IMG/VR virus record: IMGVR_UViG_2721755344_000012
Location: 56,007 to 76,006 of that record
DNA: 20,000 bases
Strand: one strand, 5' to 3'
Source of the DNA: an uncultured virus (IMG/VR IMGVR_UViG_2721755344_000012)
Taxonomy: Duplodnaviria > Heunggongvirae > Uroviricota > Caudoviricetes
Shown here: in pieces, positions 15,068-20,000 of the stretch
How the letters are laid out: each line of letters begins with the position of its first letter
Position numbering within the stretch: position 1 is the first letter of the stretch
Notes under the pieces: model-generated
Told to the model about the DNA's origin: nothing
Seen by the model: only the letters and a program-made list of their open reading frames with translations
Databases searched by the model: none
Made by a program: the position numbers and the translations under genes

Positions 15068-15939
15068 GTCATTTCATTGCTATTTAAAATTTCAATTACT
15101 TTATTAATTTCTTCTACTTGCTCCACTTGCTCCACCTGCGGAAACTCTTCTAATAATATTGGTATTTGCGTATCCCTTTTAGGAACTGTAATCTTTTTAG
15201 AGTAGGCAAATACATATCTCACATAAGCCCTGCTACGATTATAAGCTAATATAGCAGATTTCTTTGATGAATCCCATCCATGTATTTTGAGATAATTAGC
15301 ACAAGAAGCCAGAGCGTCGGGAATGGAAAACAAATCTATAACTCCATCCTTATCCCAATCTACCGCCCACCGTAAATAACTCGACGGCAAAAACTGAACC
15401 AATCCAAAGGCTCCGCATGTCGAACCCTTATATTCAAATGGGTCTATGTTGTTTCTATTACAAATTAAAAACCAAGATGTAAGTTCCTTCTCAAACAGTT
15501 TTCTTCTTTTATTATGAACGACCCAAGTTAAAATAGAATTAACTACTTCCAGCTCCCCTAAATAATTTCCAAAATTAGTTTCAGTACGAGTAATTGATAC
15601 TATTATTTCTTTTGGAACACCGTATTCCATTTCAATATCATCAAGTAATTTTTCATTCTCTGCTATAAACTGCTTGCCTCTTTCAATAGAATCATCTGTA
15701 AAAGAAACTGGTTTGTTATTTGTCTTTATTTTCTTCTTTTTAAAAATATGAGGATATAATTTAATTCTCTTATCCGAGAGTAATTCGTGAGCATTTTCTA
15801 CTCCCGACATTTTTAAATTCTGAACAATCCTCTTCTTTGTCTTGGGATATCTCTTCAGATCATTTCCCAACAACTGATCAGGAGTTGCAAAACATATCAA
15901 TATCAAAAATAATATATAAACTATGCGAATCATAATCAT
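15064..15939 (-). CDS. mltB: Lytic murein transglycosylase, MltB/SLT_2 family
   Basis: YGVPxEII...ETNFG (catalytic Glu), GSxxGAFGLVQFLPSSY, EF-hand DWDKDGVID, DALASCANYL, AILAYNRS; N-terminal hydrophobic segment. Confidence 0.9.
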   Translation of the reverse strand: MIMIRIVYILFLILICFATPDQLLGNDLKRYPKTKKRIVQNLKMSGVENAHELLSDKRIKLYPHIFKKKKIKTNNKPVSFTDDSIERGKQFIAENEKLLDDIEMEYGVPKEIIVSITRTETNFGNYLGELEVVNSILTWVVHNKRRKLFEKELTSWFLICNRNNIDPFEYKGSTCGAFGLVQFLPSSYLRWAVDWDKDGVIDLFSIPDALASCANYLKIHGWDSSKKSAILAYNRSRAYVRYVFAYSKKITVPKRDTQIPILLEEFPQVEQVEQVEEINKVIEILNSNEMT

Positions 15940-16148
15940 CCAGTAGTAAAGGGAAATTCCAACAATTTCCTATCGAAGTAGACAACCCCCAACAAAGTGT
16001 ATCTGCGCTCCTTACACACAGGACAGAATATTCCGTTGTCTCCAGGAGGCGTATTCTGCGTCCACCTAAAAACCGTCCCGCACTTGGGGCACTCGGCGTC
16101 CGTGTAGAGAACCCCGTCGATTTCCACACCGTTCGGACACTCCATCAT
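15936..16148 (-). CDS. Zinc-ribbon protein
   Basis: CPKCG...CPVC; ATGA overlaps on both sides. Confidence 0.75.
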   Translation of the reverse strand: MMECPNGVEIDGVLYTDAECPKCGTVFRWTQNTPPGDNGIFCPVCKERRYTLLGVVYFDRKLLEFPFTTG

Positions 16149-16417
16149 TTTAGAGTCCTTTTAGCTAAATTGTACGCATCAACGATACACCAAATCCATA
16201 TCGGGATGCCTATTAATATCCAAACTGTTAAATAAACTGCTATAAGAAAACCAAACCCTCTTCCAACTTTCTCGCAATACATCTGACCAGCACCTGGTAT
16301 AACAAGACTTAGAAGAGCAGAAATGCCAGGACTCTTTTCCGTCAATAAACTGTCACAATATCTGCATTTAATAGCTTCGTCGTGAATTTCTTCTGAGCAA
16401 TATTTACATTTTTTCAT
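16145..16417 (-). CDS. Zinc-ribbon plus TM2-like membrane protein
   Basis: KKCKYCSEEI...AIKCRYC followed by KSPGISALLSLVIPGAGQMY; start set at MKKC (ATGA overlap). Confidence 0.85.
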   Translation of the reverse strand: MKKCKYCSEEIHDEAIKCRYCDSLLTEKSPGISALLSLVIPGAGQMYCEKVGRGFGFLIAVYLTVWILIGIPIWIWCIVDAYNLAKRTLK

Positions 16418-16830
16418 ATTGAGCACCTTATAAAAGTATTTAGTTTGATCGCATTGTTAAGAAATCTTTTAAGCCTCTTATATTTTTTCAAGTAATATCT
16501 CCGTTCTTCATCACTACAATTCATAGCAATCCCTATCTGGAAGCTTTCTTCTCTTTCTTTGAGCATTTTAAGTAGTATCTTTACTTTAGCTGGGCTCATT
16601 AACTGGCTTCCCCTACGCATTAGTTTTGGGAAATCATTCCAGTAAGATAAACCAAATTTCCACAAAAGATTTCCATCATTATAACTATCTCTAAAATATC
16701 CTGTTGCGGGATACATCTTACTCCAATAGTATTCCCATTTCCGTCTCCCAGGTTTAGCTTTATCTAATTCTTTTCGCCAGCGTTTTGTAGTTTCGTTTGT
16801 AATCTTTTCAATATAAAGATCAGCCCCCAT
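16414..16830 (-). CDS. Conserved phage hypothetical protein
   Basis: MGADLY...GYFRDSYN...GLSYW pattern; GGAGG RBS. Confidence 0.8.
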   Translation of the reverse strand: MGADLYIEKITNETTKRWRKELDKAKPGRRKWEYYWSKMYPATGYFRDSYNDGNLLWKFGLSYWNDFPKLMRRGSQLMSPAKVKILLKMLKEREESFQIGIAMNCSDEERRYYLKKYKRLKRFLNNAIKLNTFIRCSI

Positions 16831-17083
16831 TTTTAACTTCCTCCTCTTTCAAAATTATTTCTTCTATTTTAAAATATTTACCGCTTTTATCAGCAACTTT
16901 CCACCATTCTTCAATTCTTGAATCATCTCCGTAAATAGTTATAAATGCGGTAACTTTAAAAAATCCAACAGATATATTGGTTCTAAGACTTAATATTCCA
17001 AATCTCTCTTCTAAATCATCTACCAGCATCGAAACATAAATAAACTTTTTGCCAATTCCAGATGTTACTTTAAACCTTCTCAT
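16820..17083 (-). CDS. Hypothetical protein
   Basis: GGAGG RBS; fits packing. Confidence 0.75.
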   Translation of the reverse strand: MRRFKVTSGIGKKFIYVSMLVDDLEERFGILSLRTNISVGFFKVTAFITIYGDDSRIEEWWKVADKSGKYFKIEEIILKEEEVKNGG

Positions 17084-17101
17084 AAATTTCCTCCAAAATT
17101 T

Positions 17102-17209
17102 CTATTCAACTTTAAATCCTTCCAAACATTTAAAACAGTACCACCACGTTGAATTAGGACCATACCCATAAAGTTCCAAGGTTTCAGTATTACATTTTGG
17201 ACATTTCAT
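17102..17209 (-). CDS. Zinc-ribbon peptide (35 aa)
   Basis: Read manually: MKCPKCNTETLELYGYGPNSTWWYCFKCLEGFKVE; GGAGG RBS. Confidence 0.7.
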   Translation of the reverse strand: MKCPKCNTETLELYGYGPNSTWWYCFKCLEGFKVE

Positions 17210-17230
17210 CTTTCCCCTCCCTTCGAGACT

Positions 17231-17443
17231 CTACTTCCACATTAATCTATAAGCTTCCTCTCCGTTCTTTGCACAAGAAGTACATATAAACGAATCAAAT
17301 TCGTATGCACATCCTAAATGCCACATTCTACAATATTTATATAGCTTCTTACACACTTCACACTTTGTCCACAAAAGTTTGGGGAACCAAGTAAGTTTTA
17401 GGATTTTAATATCTTCTTTAACTTTCATCTCATTTCCCTCCAA
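17231..17443 (-). CDS. Zinc-finger protein
   Basis: CEVC...CTSC; likely start at MKVKE after GGAGG. Confidence 0.7.
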   Translation of the reverse strand: MEGNEMKVKEDIKILKLTWFPKLLWTKCEVCKKLYKYCRMWHLGCAYEFDSFICTSCAKNGEEAYRLMWK

Positions 17444-17450
17444 ATTTTAT

Positions 17451-18161
17451 TTAAACACCCTCCAAGGCGCACCAGGAATTTATAATACCATAATCTGCTT
17501 TAAAATCATTTACAGTTTTTCCATCCCTAAAAATGAAAGTGCCATTTTTCTCTCGAGGGGATAAATCTGTAGCCCAATTCTTCCCTATACTGTGTAACAT
17601 TTCGTGCTGTTCTTCCCTGCCTTTGTTCATTAACTCTTTGTGAGAAAAAAATGCCTGACAATACATTGAAAGACTATTCCGTTCCCAATCTTGACATCTC
17701 CACAAGAAATAATTAGCTATTTCCTCTTTAGGAATATTAAAAGCTCTAGCATCAAAAACAGATACTTTTCCTTCCAACCCCGTCATACCTAACTCCCAAA
17801 AATCATTGAAATAGGCAGTCATCGTTGATGCCGAAACACTCACAATTTTATTTAAATTATAGTTAAACCAGGCTTCCGTCTCCAACTTATCATAGTCGGT
17901 TAATAAGAAAGATGCTTCATCGGACTGAACATACCCGAGTTTGAAACCTTGCATTTCTTCAGCAGTTTTTTCAGTAGCATACAACATAGAGTTCATAAAA
18001 TGCGGAAAAAAGGGAGCCTCTAAATGCTTTTTCATCTTTGATGTTAGAGTATGAAATGCCTTACCATCTACCCTAATAATAACAGGCGTTCTTCTAGTAA
18101 GATAAATTCTATAGCTATCTTCGTAATTACGCTTTATTCTGTCCCCTAATTCGTTTTCCAT
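17451..18161 (-). CDS. thg1: tRNA(His) guanylyltransferase / Thg1-like protein (3'-5' polymerase)
   Basis: LGDRxK..YE, IIRVDGKAFH, YVQSDE, KIVSVSAS, FDAR, YFLWRxQDxxRNS and KNGTF motifs. Confidence 0.93.
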   Translation of the reverse strand: MENELGDRIKRNYEDSYRIYLTRRTPVIIRVDGKAFHTLTSKMKKHLEAPFFPHFMNSMLYATEKTAEEMQGFKLGYVQSDEASFLLTDYDKLETEAWFNYNLNKIVSVSASTMTAYFNDFWELGMTGLEGKVSVFDARAFNIPKEEIANYFLWRCQDWERNSLSMYCQAFFSHKELMNKGREEQHEMLHSIGKNWATDLSPREKNGTFIFRDGKTVNDFKADYGIINSWCALEGV

Positions 18162-18304
18162 TTTTCTTCTAATACAGCACTCTCGCAGACTTTACATTTT
18201 CCGTTTTTATAAACTCTAAAATAAGAATCTATCCAAAGAGCACCCTTACAAATTCGGCACAATCCAATATATTTTAAATCTCTTAAAACAAATAATGAAA
18301 TCAC
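18146..18304 (-). CDS. Small zinc-finger protein (52 aa)
   Basis: Read manually: GTGA overlap; CRIC...CKVC. Confidence 0.55.
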   Translation of the reverse strand: MISLFVLRDLKYIGLCRICKGALWIDSYFRVYKNGKCKVCESAVLEEKWKTN

Positions 18305-18540
18305 TTTCTCTGCCATCCTATCTTTTTACTAATTCTAACGTGTTCTTCGTTACCAACTTCATTCCTTTTTTCATCTATTTTTTTAGCATAATACTGACCA
18401 ATCTCACCAGTAAAAAATGGGTCTCCGATTTCAGCAAATCTCCACTTTCTCAAAAGTTCCTCGTAAGAGGCACTATCAATCCACTCTTTCTGTTTAAATT
18501 TACTAAAAAATCCTTTGTCCAAATCCTCAAGACTCTTCAT
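18301..18540 (-). CDS. Conserved phage hypothetical protein
   Basis: IDSASYEELLRKWRFAxIGDPFFxGExG...SKKIGW pattern. Confidence 0.8.
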   Translation of the reverse strand: MKSLEDLDKGFFSKFKQKEWIDSASYEELLRKWRFAEIGDPFFTGEIGQYYAKKIDEKRNEVGNEEHVRISKKIGWQRK

Positions 18541-19124
18541 TTTTGCAATCTTATCATTCTTCTAAATTTAATGTATTTTGGAAAGACACACTTTATTTCT
18601 TCGACAGTAGCTAATCTAAATCTCTCTTTCCACCACCCTCCAGGCGGATATTTAAAATATACATACTCCGTTTTATCATTGCCCACCGGACGCCTAACTT
18701 CATCAACAATATAAATTTCACCTTGTCTCAATCTCACAGAGTCGGGCGGAGCATCAATACAAATAACTCTGTCTCCAGATTTAAATTTATCCATCTCTGC
18801 TCCTTCTTCTTCATCTCCTATAAAAGAAGTCTGCCAGGCATTATTAGTACCAACAAATTGATTATACCATTGTTCTCTCAGACTCAAAGACTGAAGATCT
18901 CCCTGATTTATATTTACGTCACCTATCACACAAATAGTTTCTTCAGGCCGAGGCCATAAATGAATTTCGTGCTCAAAATACGCCTCAGAACAAATAAGAC
19001 ACTTACCCAAATGTTCTCTTCTTCCAGATAAGGTTGCCACTGTAGTTACACAATTTTTACACATTCTTCTACCGCATTTGGGACATATTAAATCTCCAGC
19101 ACAACATTCAATATGTTCGATCAT
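18537..19124 (-). CDS. Two-domain hypothetical protein (Cys-rich N-terminus, SH3-like KFKSGDRV C-terminus)
   Basis: CPKC, CKNC, CLIC; in-frame internal ATG at 18794 after AAGGAG; ends FRRMIRLQK. Confidence 0.75.
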   Translation of the reverse strand: MIEHIECCAGDLICPKCGRRMCKNCVTTVATLSGRREHLGKCLICSEAYFEHEIHLWPRPEETICVIGDVNINQGDLQSLSLREQWYNQFVGTNNAWQTSFIGDEEEGAEMDKFKSGDRVICIDAPPDSVRLRQGEIYIVDEVRRPVGNDKTEYVYFKYPPGGWWKERFRLATVEEIKCVFPKYIKFRRMIRLQK

Positions 19125-19141
19125 AGCTTACCTAAAAAATA

Positions 19142-19217
19142 TTTAGCAGGGAATTTTACGATAAGAAGACTAACGAACAGCGCCCTTTCCTTAATCGCCC
19201 TTATCAACCCTGCTAAA
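19142..19217 (-). other. Long rod-like intergenic hairpin followed by a U tract (terminator, processing site or small RNA)
   Basis: TTTAGCAGGG/CCCTGCTAAA, GATAAGGG/TTCTTATC, GATTAA/TTAGTC, GAA/TTC; G-U pairs work only on the minus strand; T6 follows. Confidence 0.7.
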
Positions 19218-19218
19218 A

Positions 19219-19428
19219 CTAATTGTACCCTCTGACTTTTGTCCACTCACCAATATCTAGCTTCTTGCGAAACGAGTTGATGAGCTTTATTATCTCATCG
19301 TTTGTGTAGTAAGCTAACTCTTCAAAAGTACACTTGACTACTTCCTTTATCTGAGCTATATTGACTTCTACTTTCTTGCCTTCTTTTTCGGAAATACTCT
19401 TAACCAAACTATTTTGATTGATAGCCAT
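19219..19428 (-). CDS. HU/IHF-like N-terminal helical protein (truncated)
   Basis: INQNSLVKSISEKEG...QIKEVVKCTFEEL resembles HU helices 1-2; no GFGxF/RNP arm; GGGAGGTG RBS. Confidence 0.5.
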   Translation of the reverse strand: MAINQNSLVKSISEKEGKKVEVNIAQIKEVVKCTFEELAYYTNDEIIKLINSFRKKLDIGEWTKVRGYN

Positions 19429-19429
19429 T

Positions 19430-19606
19430 CTAAATCACCTCCCTTCTCTTAGTATAAACAACCCAGCAGTCGGTCCATAGCGGACATTTAGGAGCGCCCG
19501 TTGTAGTAAAACAATGGTCCTTCACATATTCATTATCAACATTTTCGTCGGCAAAAAATTCGCAATCAATATCTATTTCTCTACCATCTGTTCGTCTTAT
19601 AATCAT
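19430..19606 (-). CDS. Small Cys-containing protein (58 aa)
   Basis: Read manually: MIIRRTDGREIDIDCEFF...HCFTTTGAPKCPLWTDCWVVYTKRREVI; fills the gap exactly. Confidence 0.65.
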   Translation of the reverse strand: MIIRRTDGREIDIDCEFFADENVDNEYVKDHCFTTTGAPKCPLWTDCWVVYTKRREVI

Positions 19607-19607
19607 T

Positions 19608-20000
19608 TTATATCGAGCTCAATTCCATTCTTCTTAGAAATCTTCCGTCTTTCCATCTCATATGCTCCTTTACTAAAAGTAGTCCAAAATAACTTTGTTT
19701 CTCATTCCTATCGTAAAAAACAAAACAAGTGCTATCGTTACTATTTAAAACTACCCTACCAGGACATGAATTCATACCTTCGCATTCATAAAACCCAGGG
19801 CAAGGAATAAAATTACGGACTTCAAATCTGTCCCCGCTAAAAACCTCTTTCCTAGAGCTGATAGGTAAATAGTTAATATTAACATAGCTAATATGATAGA
19901 AAGTACCAAATTTTATCCAAGCTGACTTGCCGCTATGAATTTTAACTTCATAAACACCTGGAGGAAAAAGGAAGCGATTAATCTTTTGAGGAAGTTTCAT
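19608..20000 (-). CDS. Hypothetical protein (start may lie beyond the window)
   Basis: Open to the edge; CPG..EC....CPG...C cluster; ends RFLRRMELSSI. Confidence 0.7.
   Translation of the reverse strand: MKLPQKINRFLFPPGVYEVKIHSGKSAWIKFGTFYHISYVNINYLPISSRKEVFSGDRFEVRNFIPCPGFYECEGMNSCPGRVVLNSNDSTCFVFYDRNEKQSYFGLLLVKEHMRWKDGRFLRRMELSSI

Noticed and set aside
15878..16129. 83-aa alternative minus-strand ORF
   Set aside because: It overlaps 15936..16148, which has CxxC pairs and ATGA coupling on both sides.
19430..19513. Possible structured leader or promoter upstream of the HU-like gene
   Set aside because: The region is covered by a 58-aa ORF (19430..19606); pairings are short and the -35 match is poor.
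314..19810. All plus-strand ORFs in the track (e.g. 1128..1436, 10157..10567, 18295..18714)
   Set aside because: They are antisense shadows of well-supported minus-strand genes, F/S/L/I-rich, with no recognisable motifs.
1..20000. Stop-codon reassignment suggested by the many short ORFs
   Set aside because: TAA, TAG and TGA all end genes and are followed by an RBS and start; terL, thg1 and mltB are intact in the standard code.
1..20000. CRISPR array, rRNA, integrase or transposase
   Set aside because: No regularly spaced repeats or diagnostic motifs seen; only short coding tandem repeats (3308-3361, 7768-7791, about 15112-15138).

Overview
This is a 20 kb segment of a large dsDNA tailed-phage genome: AT-rich, standard genetic code, about 60 tightly packed genes, all on the minus strand and often coupled by ATGA/TAATG overlaps. 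Recognisable genes are a terminase large subunit interrupted by a LAGLIDADG intein (3562..6132, intein 4819..5841), a Thg1-like 3'-5' nucleotidyltransferase (17451..18161), an MltB/SLT_2 lytic transglycosylase (15064..15939), a half-size PnuC-like membrane protein, a DUF5658-like protein, a zinc-ribbon/TM2 protein, an Fn3-like secreted protein and a truncated HU-like protein. Most other genes are small hypotheticals, about 20 of them Cys-rich. The few non-coding gaps are structured. They hold a tRNA-like RNA with canonical acceptor, D and T arms but an expanded anticodon/variable region (6644..6758), a second acceptor-stem element ending in ACCA (948..1044), a long rod hairpin (19142..19217) and a near-consensus sigma70 promoter (15039..15067). 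Other leads are a shared C-terminal [RK]-x-I-[RK]-L motif on unrelated proteins, a hidden +1-frame HTH-like ORF and an apparently shortened intein splicing domain. All family assignments come from motif recognition by eye; no database searches were run.
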